Source of the DNA: Takakia lepidozioides
Lineage: Eukaryota; Plantae; Bryophyta
Assembly (NCBI GenBank): GCA_030704615.1
Contig: CM060734.1
Location: 24,180,001-24,244,000 of the forward strand
Length of the DNA stretch: 64,000 nt
Direction: 5' to 3'
Numbering within the stretch: the first letter of the stretch is position 1; every line of letters starts with the position of its first letter. The notes under the pieces were generated by a model. That model did no database searches. It saw only the letters and a list, made by a program, of their open reading frames with translations, and was not told the DNA's origin. Of this stretch, positions 11,081 to 23,560 are shown piece by piece. Position numbers and translations under genes: made by a program.

Positions 11081-14000
11081 TCAAGTGTCGCAGTCATCAC
11101 AATCAGTGTCCACCTCCTGTGCTATGTCATCTACAAAGATTCTGGCCCCAACACCACGTGTTCTACGAAGGCCGTCGTAAGGTGGACTCCGAGTGCCATG
11201 AACGGACATGCTTGCTGCGAGTGCCTCCGCATAGACAGGTAGCACGCAAGACCGAGGAGGACTGCAAACAAGTCCAAATAGGTGTGATAGCCCTGGAGGG
11301 CAAGTGGAAGCACGCGGACTCCTGCACATGTCCACAAAACCCCATTTTTAACACAATGATGCAATGCACAAGTCCAACAAAGAGGATGTCTCCCATGTGC
11401 ACTTTGCCTCAAGAACAGCGATTCTCGATATTGAAACAACAATGCAAGCATGCACAGGTTGAACTTACTCACAGGCAAAGTCGGAGTCCAGCTCCTTGTC
11501 AGAAGTCTCCTCTGTATCAGTATCAGCGGGACGGGGCTTCGGAAGGACTTGAGAAGTGTGTCCACCCAAACCCATCAGGAGGTTCTTGTAAATCTCAGCA
11601 TCCCCTTCAATCCCAAAGAGATGTCGCGCACTGGCCTTGCAAGCGTGGTAAGAAGCACCTGCAGTGGAATAGAATGAATGAAGCAGACATTGAAGACACA
11701 TTCGGAACGGTGGGAAGTGCTGAAAGTGCAAGCTCAATCAAACCTCATGAAATGTGAATGTTGAAGAGACGAACCTGTGCCCATCGACAAATCCAGAACT
11801 CTGGCGTCTGTGTAGGTGCAGCACTCCACAATCGTTTGAATGAAAGCCGGGCTCCTCTCCCTCGCCCCTCTCCAAGGAACCCCATTCCCCCTTCGCAAGC
11901 ACACGTTGTTGTCGACGTAGTTGTGATGCATGTCATCCGTGGGAGGATCTGTCCTGTCATCTATGAACTTGGCCCCATGAGTGATGGCGAACTCGGTAAT
12001 GCCGGCCGGAGTCGTTTGTGGATGCACCCGGACGAGACAAACAGCTTCAAATAGACGAGTCTGCGAACATGACATCCACAAGGAACTAAGAAGCAAAAAA
12101 AAATCGGGCCCCTACATATGAGTTCGAGCGACCTATACAACCCCATCCGAGAACAACCAAGAAGAGGAAGAAGAAGGCAAACTCACCATCTCTCCCGGAC
12201 GATCCCCCTTCGTAAGGTACATGCTGTTCACACAATTCCATGTCTTCACGACTCTCATGCCCGAGGCTTTCAAATAGCTGGAAAGTGCACGGCGACACCG
12301 AACGTCGATGGACTGGATGAGCACCAAAACACCTGCATCGGACAGGAAGAAGTTGCAAAAGGAGAAAACCCACCGCCAGTAGCGCTCATCAAAAGCATTC
12401 CAACCCGGACAAGCACCCGATGGAGGGATATCCGGGACTGCCAACCCATCAGGGATGTCCAAGATGATGAGTTCGGCTGCATATGGCTTCTCCTTCCCGT
12501 TCACCCAGGATTTGGTCATTTTAGCCTGCAAACAAAAATACAATGGAATTCTCACAAGTTTAGAAACGATCCATGCCCACAGCAGACAAAGAAACAGAAG
12601 CCACAGAACCCAAAGAGAACACGCACCGTGCTGAGGAACTCCACAATCCTGTCCCACACTGGTGATGGCTCGCCCTTGTAATCAGATTTCTTCGACTCCA
12701 TCATGGCAAGGAACCCGACGTTGGCCATCTCCAACCTGGTTGGGCGAATGACCCTCGTGGGATGTTCCACTGCATGGTACGGGTCCTTGGGATCAACCAC
12801 CCCCTTGTTTTTTCTCCCGGATCCCCTACCATGCGGTGGAGTCTGCTGGACATGCTCCACAGGGCCAATATCTGCAACACTCCCTGCCCTTGTGCCACCT
12901 TCCCTCTACCCCTTCCCTTCCCCACAACACCAGCAACATCTTTTCCCTTTGCCTTTCTTCCTCTACCTGGGGTATCCTGAGCAGGAGGCTCCTTCTCTGC
13001 AAGAGTCCTCAAATTTCGTTCATGAATGTCGAGGTCGGCTGCTGCGGCAGTGGCTGCAATACGGTCATTCTCTCTCCTCAAAGACACCTCTGGAGCTGGG
13101 GTCTCAGAAGGAGGGCAATCCAAATACCAACCACAAGAAGAAAGATGGTCTGGGCCCCAGTCATGCAAGATCCCAGTAGTAAACATGGTCTGGTTGCCAG
13201 CAGGGACAAGCCACAGGTCCACAAATCTGGATGTTTGTCCAGGCAATTCTCTTCCAGGAGAACAAACTTTATGTACGTGCAGCAACAGAGACAGCCTCAT
13301 TTTACAATGGAAATATTGTGTGGCAACTTTTCCATCACACCAGGAAGACCCCCTTCAACAATATGCCACACAACACATTGCAACCACAGCACAAATAAGT
13401 AGTGCAAGAGTGTGCACCTGTAAAGGCATCGTTTCCAGGCTTCCTCTCCTTTTTCTTGCTGGTCCAGCTCATTTGTTCGACTGATGCCACCCTCCTTGCT
13501 GAACTCTCTAAAGAAACAAGAGTGCCACACTGTGGCTCTCCATTTCCTCATGTATGCTTCGAAGGACACCTTCGGTGCTATCATACTGATGCCATAGTCA
13601 GCCAGCTGAGTATGCAGAACCGATCTGGCCCTTTCTTCCAACTGCAAAACAATACAAATGCAAGAATGAACCCAAAAGCAATCACAGCGAATGTAAGAGG
13701 CAATAGAAAGATAAGGACAGGAAAAGAGAAAAGACAGTGACACAGGGAAGGACATCACACCTGGCTCCAGTAAGTGGCCTTGTGAAGCCAGGTGTCCAGC
13801 ACATTGTCACTGACAGGAATGACACGCTGGGTCTTCTTCTCTTTCTCCGGCCTTGGGAACATGTGGGTATCCCTAACTGTGGGATCGGAGTTCCATATCT
13901 GCAGCCACTTCACCTTTTGTTCTGGAGACACTACGGCGGTAGACAACCTGTGCAACTTCTCCTGGGCCATTTCTGGCTTGCCTGGCTTGTTATAATGGTT

Positions 14001-17000
14001 TTTTTATCTCCAGGAGAAACTGCGGTCCGAATGATGGGTCGGCAATTCTCAACTGCTTCACGAAAGCACTCATTATAGTCCTTCTTGTAGCGGTCATCTC
14101 TTTCTGGATGTGACTCTCAACCCCCTTTGCTGTCCTTCTCTCCTCAGGGGTAGAGCTGTAGTATTCCAGTTTGCCACGCTCCCCTGCATCTGCAATGTCT
14201 TGCTGCAAGGGAATGCAAGAGAGTTGCATCAGCACAAGGTCAAGGGAAACAAACAGAAACAAACATGTGGAATATGGAAGACCAGATGAAGGAAGATGTA
14301 TCTCACCGTGTACATGTACTCCATGAAAGCCTCACGGGTCAACGAGTACCACGTTCCGATGTCTTGGAGCTTTCGCACTTCTTGTACATCTCCGCTGAAA
14401 GGATGGTCTTGAAGTTGGTCAAGGGCATCTGCCCGATCCTTTGTATCCTATACAGTGTGTGAACCAAACTCGTTTTGACATGCGATGTCTCCGTTCCTCT
14501 GCAGAATGATATCTGTAAGTCAGAATGAAATCCAAGGTCTTCAATCAAAGAAGAACGGAACCACAAGTGGAACATGTAGAATGAGAAACCAACCTGTTCA
14601 CATCATTCATTGCCGTCAGAAGACCCATCATGTTCCCGTCACAATCCAGCACCATCGATCGAACAGAGTAATGCCACTCTTCCTCTTGTGAGTGCAGCCT
14701 CCCAATGACAGCCATCCATGCAAGCAAGCGGTGGTTCCCATCCCAAACGTGAAACATCTTTCCCGAGAATGCCTGGGTGGAAGGTTTCCTGGAGAGAAGA
14801 AGTTCGAAGGATTCGTTCAGCTGTCTCCAAATGGGGTCCCAGGAGTCCACGATTGACTCATCCACGAGGAGCTCATTACCTTTGGAATCCCTAGTAGAAA
14901 CGTAAAAGACTGCGGATCCATCCAAATACCCATGAACAAACTCGGCCTCCAGCTTGAGAATGTCCTTGACGAGGGGTGGACGAACGACGGGCATGGAAAC
15001 CAACCTACACAGGGGAATCTTCAACCTCCCACCCGGGGCAAGCATACTTTGCACCACAAGCTGAGAGTTTACCTTCTGACCCCCCAGCATCTCAGCGGCT
15101 TTGCTTTCATAGAACTCATCGTCCACATCAACAATTATCTCCTTCACCTGACCCGAAGGGACCTCATCTGCCACACTTTTCTCCTGCAAGGTTGTTCATT
15201 CAACTTGATATTAGAGAGGCATGAAACGTCGGCTGAGGCATGAAAAAGTGGGCTCAAAGAGTGTGCGTTGACGCACACTATTTTAAGCTGCCAGGTAAGT
15301 GTACATTGACCCTCACAGACATGTCCTATGTTGCCGAATTCCACAGAAAAAAGACAATGTAAAAGTGGGCTGAAACAGTGTGCGTTGACGCACACTGTTT
15401 CACTTGCCAGGTAAATGATCATTGAACATCTACTTGTGCCAGGTAAGTGTTCATTGTAAACTACAAGATATGCGGCCGATTTCGGATGAAAAAAGTGAAA
15501 AGGTGAGTTCGAACAGTGTGACATGTCCAGCTCAAACAGTGTGCGTTGACGCACACTGTTTGAGTTGCCAGCGAGGGATTATTCCATCCTCAGAAACCTG
15601 CCCTGGAAGTCCGAATTTAACTCCGAAAAAACACTTACATGTTCAGCTCAAACAGTGTGCGCCAACGCACACTGTTTGAGCTGCCACTGAATGGTTATTT
15701 CATCTTCAAAAACCTGCCCTGGAAGTCCGAATTTAACACCAAAAAAACAGTGACATGTACAGCTCAAACAGTGTGCGTTGACGCGCACTGTTTGAGCTGC
15801 CAGTGAGGGATTCTTTCATCCCCAGAAACGTGCCTTAAAGATTGAATTTCAATCGGAAAAAACACTTACATGTTCAGCTCAAACAGTGTGCGCCAAAGCA
15901 CACTGTTTGAGCAGCCACTGAATGGTTATTTGATCATCATAAACCTGCCCTGGAAGTCCGAATTTAACACCAAAAACACAGTGACATGTACAGCTCAAAC
16001 AGTGTGCGTTGACGCACACTGTTTGAGCTGCCAGTGAGGGATTCTTTCATCCCCAGAAACGTGCCCTAAAGGTCGAATTTCAATCGAAAAAACACTTACA
16101 TGTTCAGCTCAAACAGTGTGCGTTGGCGCACACTGTTTGAGCTGCCACTGAATGGTTATTTCATCATCATAAACCTGCCCTGGAAGTCCGAATTTAACAC
16201 CAAAAAAACAGTGACATGTACAGCTCAAACAGTGTGCGTTGACGCACACTGTTTGAGCTGCCAGTGAGGGATTCTTTCATCCTCAGAAACGTGCCCTAAA
16301 GGTCGAATTACAATCGGAAAAAACACTTACATATTCAGCTCAAACAGTGTGCGCCAATGCACACTGTTTGAGCTGCCACTGAATGGTTATTTCATCTTCA
16401 AAAACCTGCACTGGAAGTCCACATTTAACACACAAAAACAGTGACATGTACAGCTCAAACAGTGTGCGTTGACGCACACTGTTTGAGCTGCCAGTGAGGG
16501 ATTCTTTCATCCTCAGAAATGTGCCCTAAAGGGCGAATTCAACACGGAGAAAACCGTGACATGTAGAGCTCAAACAGTGTGCGCCAACGCACACTGTTTG
16601 AGCTGCCACTGAAGGGTTCTCTCGTCCTGACATACATATCCTGGAAAACCGATATCCAGACGGAAACAGCAGTGAAATGCTCAGCTCAACTCACACTGAT
16701 TGAGCTTGCAATTTGGGTTGTATTGAACCTGCTGTAGTGCCCAAGTTTGGGCGTTTCGCACCTAAACAATCAAGCAAATTGGTAGGCCCAAATAGTGTGC
16801 ATTGCCGCACACTGTTTGAGCTTCCAGTTTGCGGTGCTTTCAGCCTGGTGCAGATGTCCTGTGTGGGCTATATTCATATCAGCAACGAAACACAAATGTG
16901 GGTCTTAAAGATTTCACCTTTTTCTTGGCTGCTCAAGAGGACTCCCCAATTGCCGGGGACCCTTTGCGCTTCGGGCTGCTCTCTGCGCCGAGCGTGTACG

Positions 17001-17229
17001 TGAGCCTCTCCCCCTTCCTCTTTCCCGCAGGCAGACTCCTCGTGAGGCCACCTTCAACATCCTCTTCCATCTCGTCTGTCTCTCCCTCAGATGCAGTGTC
17101 CTCTTCATCTGTTATTGGAACTATGGCGGGCTGCTGTTCTTCTGCTGATTCCTGCTCCTCCATCGCCACACTTTCCTCTACTCCCTCTTCTACCTCCTTT
17201 TCCTCTTCGTCTACTCTTTCCATCCTCAT
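11081..17229 (-). pseudogene. ParB/Srx-like + N6A/N4C DNA methyltransferase-like fusion gene, copy B, multi-exon
   Basis: Acidic exon 1 ~17229-16918 (internal TGA at 16933) and phase-0 intron 16917-15184. Exon 2 15183-14594 has FHVWDGNHRLLAW. Later exons have AELIILDIPDG and RSPAFIQTIVECCTYTDARVLDLSMGTG|ASYHACKASARHLFGIEGD. Several intron positions are shared with copy A. Lesions near 14339, 13990 and 12870. Confidence 0.8.
15251..16822. repeat. Tandem array of a 40-bp palindrome CAGCTCAAACAGTGTGCG(TTGA/CCAA)CGCACACTGTTTGAGCTG (motif B), ~115-bp period, ~230-bp dimeric higher-order unit
   Basis: Regular copies at 15528, 15644, 15760, 15875, 15991, 16105, 16221, 16336, 16451 and 16566. Looser copies at 15251, 15369, 16682 and 16791. 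Two spacer types alternate. Confidence 0.97.
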
Positions 17230-18177
17230 TCTATCTCTGGCTCTATTCTTGTTTCTAGAGCTCGTGAAGTATAGTGACTTCCTTCTCTTCCTCCTCCGCT
17301 GGAAACAAGGGCTCCCCACGATGCCTCTAGAGCTCTCCAGTTTGACGTTTGTAACAAGTGCTGCTATGGCATGTAACCAAAATCGAAATTGGACGTTGTC
17401 AACCATATTTGGATGCGGGTGTTGTTATTGTGTGCGAACGGAATTCATCCATTCCGTCGTCTCCGTATTATCCAAGTAATAAAGCGCTAGAAAAAAAAGT
17501 ACATCCGTTGCATGCACTAGCGATATATGTCAGATGTACTGCGCCACCTGCCAATACACCGCGGCCTTCTTGCTTTCTTTCAAATTCGGATGTGCCGTAG
17601 AAATCTAATGCTAGTTCATTTTCGAGCAGTTCTTGCAGATCCGCAATAATTGTTATGCTTCACATATGCATCCACGTGTGTTGTACTGCCTACCCTGTGG
17701 TTTGCATTTTACCGTAACCGTCGCCATGGGGTCATTCGGCATAAAGGGTTCTGTCGGATACGACCATGTCTGGCACGCATTCGTGCGAGGTATCTTCTGC
17801 AGTGTCAGTGTTTGTGCTGTGCTCTTCTGGCACAGCACAACCTCATGACATTTGTGGTCTTCCTGTTTATTGCTCTCCAGGGTTGTTGCCGTCTTTTCAT
17901 AATGGATGGTTTCATGTCGTTTTCAGTGTTTGATTTCATCCATAAACAGCACGGCTTCTTGTAGTATTTGAAAACAGTTTTTCTGGTTAGTGCCTCTTAG
18001 CGTTGCTGTTTCCGAAGTGAAGGTGCATCTCATCCCTACATCCTTTGCATGCATCACCCGCAACCTTTGGGTTGGAGCTACCCTTGTTGACCTCAGTTTG
18101 CTTGTCTTAATTCCCCTTTCGGTGATTGCGGGCTATCAGTTCGAGGATTCCGCAACTTTCGTTCAGTGAGGGAAAAC

Positions 18178-21100
18178 ATGTCGAGGGAGCGAGATACACT
18201 TGCTCGATTCCATTCCAATGCAGGTACTCTTCTACTGACTGCCACTGCAGACGACAATGGGTTTGCAGTTGTTCATGAGGATGAGCAGGTTACAGTGTTC
18301 CCGCTGGAGTTGGGTTCTCTCCTTGTTCAAAAAGAGGTGTATGACGAGGATGGGAATTTGGATTTGGGCACTTGGAGAAACCATTGGTTGGCAAGTGTGG
18401 AAGGAAGTGGAGAGTCCTTCCAGGCACATACCGTGTCCTTGGAAAAGAGAGAAGACAATCAGCAGGATCAGTCGTTACCCCTGGCACTGCAGCATCGGTC
18501 GTGCAACAGAAGGGCACAGTTCCTGTGAAACAAGAGGTGAGCACATCCACTACCTTCGTGACTCTTTCAGACTCGTCCTCGAAGGATGTTTCTGAGATTC
18601 CTCCGCCAGTGCAGACTCCGTCATTGGATGATGACGAATTGCAAGAGATAACGAGTGTCATTCCAAAATTGAAAGCCCTCGCAGGTGTGCCTGGGTGCAA
18701 GAGCGAGCTGCGTTTTGTTGATTGGGAGTCCCTTCCTGTGCAACGGGTTCAATACGTGCCAGCACAGTTTGATGGGGACATCCTGTTTGAGCTCAACCCT
18801 CCCACCTCTTCCACTGGACTGGCTGGGCTTTTGCAGGGCATGGACAAGAAACATGACTGACATCCTTGGTGCAGGACAAAAACGTCGAACATCCATAACG
18901 ACATTGGCTTGAAATTTCGGAGGTCGGTCTGCGTTGGGCATTGTAAGTGCCAGAATATTTCTTGCCCTCGGCTGAGAAACAATGCTCAACCAAACGAAAG
19001 TGAGTGGGAAGGTGTGCCCCTGAATCCTTTCACCCCAGGGCTTGCCCCTCCCAGGACCAATACTTTTGTGTGCAGGTTCTGCAAACTTTCCCCGTCCTGT
19101 GTTTCTGTGTGCCACACTTGTATGTATCAGGTGGCACACCGATGCAAGACAATGACTCGTGCCTACATTCATATGGGTGCACACGAGCATCTTGTGTCCA
19201 AAGAAAGTTGCAGGGATAGCGTGGACATCGCTAGAAATCTGCTGAAGCAGGAGTTCCACAATGCCCCTTGTGCAACACCTTCTGCTATAGCGCTTGCAGC
19301 TAGCAAGGCATTCATGGAGAAACACATACTGGGTGAAGGGGATGCGACACAACTTATGCTGGATGCAGATTCGCTTAATGCAGTCATGGACCATTTCTCC
19401 GTGTTGAGCTCTCCCAATATTTGAAACCAGGTGAATGCACTCAGAATGGGCACAGGCACTGCTGGATTCATGGACAACATTATGGACCTGAAACGGAGGA
19501 GTCGCTATGAATTCATTCAAAACAGTATCTTCCCTGGCCAGGGCTCGTCCAAGGTGTATTTGTTCAAGATGTCCGCTGTGGGCGAAGGCAGTGGTGTGAG
19601 CATTGTCCGCCGTATGCAACCAGGAGGAGATTTGGCTAAATGTTGGTTAATGTTTGATCACTGCAAACGGGTGAAGGGTTGGACAACCATGGCGTGCCAT
19701 GTGTATGATCCGGCATACCAGCGTGTGCTCTCCATAGCAATTTGTGATATGCAGTCGGAGGACACTGAATCCCAGATGCTCATGTGGAATTCGCTCTTGG
19801 CCGTCATGCAGCGCAATGGAATACAAAACACAAATTTTGCGGGCTTCATGGCTGATAGTGCACAGGCAAATTTCAATGCAGTGCGACGCGTGTTTGGTTC
19901 GGGGGATCCTAAGGTCCCAATGGAAAATAGGGAGCGCACATGCCTCTTCCATTGGACTCAATCTCTGGCACGTCATACAAAGCGTTACATTCGCCCTGAC
20001 CTGCAGTTGGAGCACAGAAGGCTCTGTCTCAAGTACAAGAATGCCACCTCAATGGGAGAAGCTGAGAGCACTTACCAGGCAATCCGGGCTTGGTGGTTCT
20101 CCTCTGGTGCTGCAACATGTACCCACCTGAAGGAGTTGGAGGACTGGTTGGTTTTCTGGCACTTCAGGTACAGACAGTGGGGAGCTTTCATGACGACGGT
20201 AAGCCTCTTCAATCCCAAAAACAGAAATTTTGCATCGTGCCTGTTCATTTGGGGTTCTTCAATTGTCACTTGAAGAACCTCTACCATTTGTTTTCGTTCC
20301 TCACATATCCATGCAATGCCTCCTGCAGGACATGTCCTTGGAGGACTTGGCCGACATGCCATCCTGTAATTTGGCGGAGACTGTTCACAACGCCTGGATG
20401 CAGCAGTCTACCAAAGCAGGTCGTGACTTGTATGTGGCCACTGCTGATGACATGGTGCGTGCACTTACACAACAAACCAGGTACCGCAATTTTCTGATGG
20501 GACGGGGTGGAGGCAAGGGCCCTGATACGACTTTGTTGATGCTAAGGGCTGCGAGTAGGTCCGGAGTCCCGTCAAAGATGGCCAGAGCTCTAAACAGATG
20601 CACTGAAGGGTCCCCTCTACAATCCAGGCTCCCCCATTTGGAAGGCGAGGAAAGATTTGGATCATGCAAAAGGAAATTGAACACTCTTCCAGGGTCAGAT
20701 GGAGATTCCCATCGGCCAGACAGGGTCAATTTCTCTGTGCCAAAGGTGTCTCCACTGCAGACTGAGTCATGTGCCCGCCCCTTCCCAGGTGGGTCCTCCT
20801 CCAGTGGAGCAGGTGCAGAACATACAAGCACAGCAGCGGGAATCCCATTGGAGGAGGTGGTGGCCATGGTGCAGGAATCCGATTGCATTGATAGTGAGTG
20901 GCATATAGAACGCACCCCACCAGGATCTAGAGTGGCTTGCATGGCAATTCGGACCCCCTCATTCAAGAAATGCAAATCAAAGATATGCAAAGGCTCCAGG
21001 GGGACTCCAGCTCCAACATTCACAGGGTTGTTCCGACCTTATCATAGTGGGGAGTCAAAGGACCACAAATTTTGGTTCTGCCCAAACGATATGGCACAAT

Positions 21101-21741
21101 GCGTGAAGGGAATAGTTCGTCCTTCAGTGATAATGAAACCCCCTCCCCCCGCAATTTGGCCTGTGCAAATTGGGACGTCGCTGTCATCAACCGAGATAAG
21201 CATGCTGGAGGAGGGAGGGTTCTGTCTTGCACGGTCCCGGGTGGTGCCCTCATGCATTGTCGGCACAGATGTGCCACATGCTCCGGCAATGCCGCCACCC
21301 GGTGCCGACTCCCACCCAACAAAAAGAGATGGAAAAACAGTGCGCCGTTTCGCTTCGGGTGCAGATCACGAATGCAAGATGGAATCTGCTAGAATTTTGC
21401 AGGCTCGGGTGTCTCGTATCACCGAAGTCCCTTCTCCGGGGTATGGACGGATTTACACAGTGCTGTCAATTGGGTCAGTTCTTCATGGCAAAGAATATCA
21501 GGTTGCCGTCGGGAATTTCCCTTCGTGCACTTGTCTGGACTTTGTAACGATGCGTGAGGGCGCTCTCGGCATGAGAGGGAAGTGGGTCCCCTGCAAGCAT
21601 CAATATTACATATATCTTGTGATTATGTGTTGCGACGGTAAGAGAGACCAATTCATCCACCAAGCCACACTAGGCTATGGAGAAGTGAACACCCTTCTAC
21701 AGCGGGACACCTCGCGTGGAGCTCCGCCAACTTCTCTTTGA
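18178..21741 (+). pseudogene. Mutator-like DDE transposase, copy B (GCM-like Zn domain + MULE core + SWIM)
   Basis: RRSVCVGHCKCQNISC..CRFC..C..HMGAHEH (GCM/WRKY-like); WLMFDH, FMADSAQAN, CLFHW, PSCNLAETVH (DDE + CxxH); PSCTCLDF..PCKH (SWIM). Intron 20199-20328. In-frame stops at 18858 and 19422 and a probable frameshift near 18455. Confidence 0.88.
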
Positions 21742-22099
21742 ACACATACGAGCCATGCCCGCTTCCCATGCTGGTTTGCAGGTTGCCGTGTGAAGACTTT
21801 GCATTTCTGACAAACATATGGATTTTGTTTACGGAACCAGGGCAAATGCACATGCAATTCATTGTAAGCGTCTATCTGTGAATTGAAATAAACTATGACA
21901 ATCATTCTGAGCTCAAATCTGCCATGTTTTCATATTTTTGTTTTTGAGCGGGCATTGCAGACATGGTGTGTGTTGGCCCCCTTTGTTTTGTCCACGGTAA
22001 TAGGCCCTCTTCCTGCAATCCTCGCCTATAGGACCTTCTTCTCCAGCAGATTCGTGCCGCTCACGCTTTGTAGCTTGAATGTGAGATCAGCTCCCAGGC

Positions 22100-23560
22100 T
22101 CACGGGGCTGGGTTCACGCCGTAGCTACGCTCCCACCCATCACACCCCCTTTTTGCCCCATCATGAGTTCCACTATCTTCTTCAGCTGTGCTTCCATACC
22201 CCTCTCCCGCTCCGCAGAGAGAGCTGCAAGCCTCTCCAGGGCCCCGATGTGGGCTGCCATTGAGTTCCCTGCTCCCTGTGCATACAAACACCCACCCGTA
22301 CTGTTAAAAACCAGAAGAAGAGGCCGAATGCGAGGGATTTCAGGCATTCGGAGATGGCTGGATTTAGTATAACACCCCTCGTGTACCATGCGTGGGGGAC
22401 CCACATACCCACCAAATCTTAGTACAACAACAGATTCATGAATGGAAATCGGACTTCAAAACATACCTAGCTCAAAACAGACTCGGATGGGGTGCCAATC
22501 GCAGCGTTCTTTTGCTCCGCCCCGAGCTCAGACAGTGACGGGCTCCGCGCTTTGCGTCTTTTCTGTATTTGCCCACCCACACACTGTCAGTACAAAATGC
22601 CAGGAGCATATGGACAAAGCATTACATTGCATATCACATAACAACAATTTCTGCACAAGGGATAAAACCCACTCGTGGGTGTCTCTTCCATCGCAACATG
22701 CCACAACGTAAGAGCAACGAGAAGGGGGTGTGGGAGATTACCAAACGGGCTGCTTGGCCTGCAACTCCTGCCCGGCCCCAACGCGAGGGGTTCGTGACAC
22801 AAGCACGCGCTTGCTTCATCCCTTCGGCCTTTGCAAGTCCACGAGGGGAGTCCCAGTAGGCAACAAGCTCATCCCAATAGGAGGGTTCAGTGCTCATTGG
22901 CCTCACACCAGTCTTCGCCCATTTATCTTTCAGTTTTGCTCTTTCTCCTTTCATTATCTTCCCACATTGCTTGACTATAAAATCACGATTGGCAGGGATA
23001 GGTGTGTACTCGTACATTCCATTTATGCCCTCTATTACTGGTGACATGGCACTCTGGGACTGCTAGTCAATGTCTTGTACGCTTGAGTCAAGGTAACGCA
23101 ATGCCAGACCACGCAAATCACGCTGCCAGTGTTCATTACCTTCGCAGCCAGCATTGATGACTCCATTTCCATGCACCTCCACCTTGTGGCACTTTAGCCC
23201 TGCAGCCACCCTTCCCTCTCCATCTCCTTCCCACTTTTTCATGGCATGGCGTCGTTCCTTCCTCAGCTCTAATGACCGTTTCCTGCCCCCATGCCCTGGA
23301 GCAGCGCCGTCATGCGTTGTGGGGGGTGACTGATGTGTGCCGGTGGGGGGAGGGCCGTATGGAGATGTGGGAGGCCCCCATTGTGACGTGCCAGCATCAG
23401 GAAGCCAGCGCCATGACCCCGAAGCAGGGGGGGCTCCCCATGGTGCACTCTGCTGTGGAGACCATCCGGCAGGGGGTGGGTGCCAAGGTTGGTGTTGGTT
23501 GGCAATATTGTATGGTGGCTGTGAGTGCTTTGCTGCAGCTTCACTCCCCTTCCGCTGCCA
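22100..23560 (-). pseudogene. CACTA (En/Spm) TnpA / Transposase_24-like remnant
   Basis: YWDELVAYWDSPRGLAKAEGMKQARACVTNPSRWGRAGVAG fits the Ptta/En/Spm motif. ORFs 23063-23578 and 22634-23047 share a frame across one TAG. Coiled-coil-like tail at 22114-22290. Confidence 0.65.

Noticed and set aside
15251-16822. CRISPR array
   Set aside because: Spacers are two alternating repeated types of ~75 bp, not unique; no cas genes; eukaryotic intron context.
2338-17229. Bacterial or phage contamination explaining ParB and methylase motifs
   Set aside because: The genes have spliceosomal introns conserved between copies and are contiguous with plant TEs and a plant PTB gene.
16829-17479. Ser-rich 216-aa plus-strand protein
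   Set aside because: Antisense shadow of the acidic first exon of ParB-MTase copy B.
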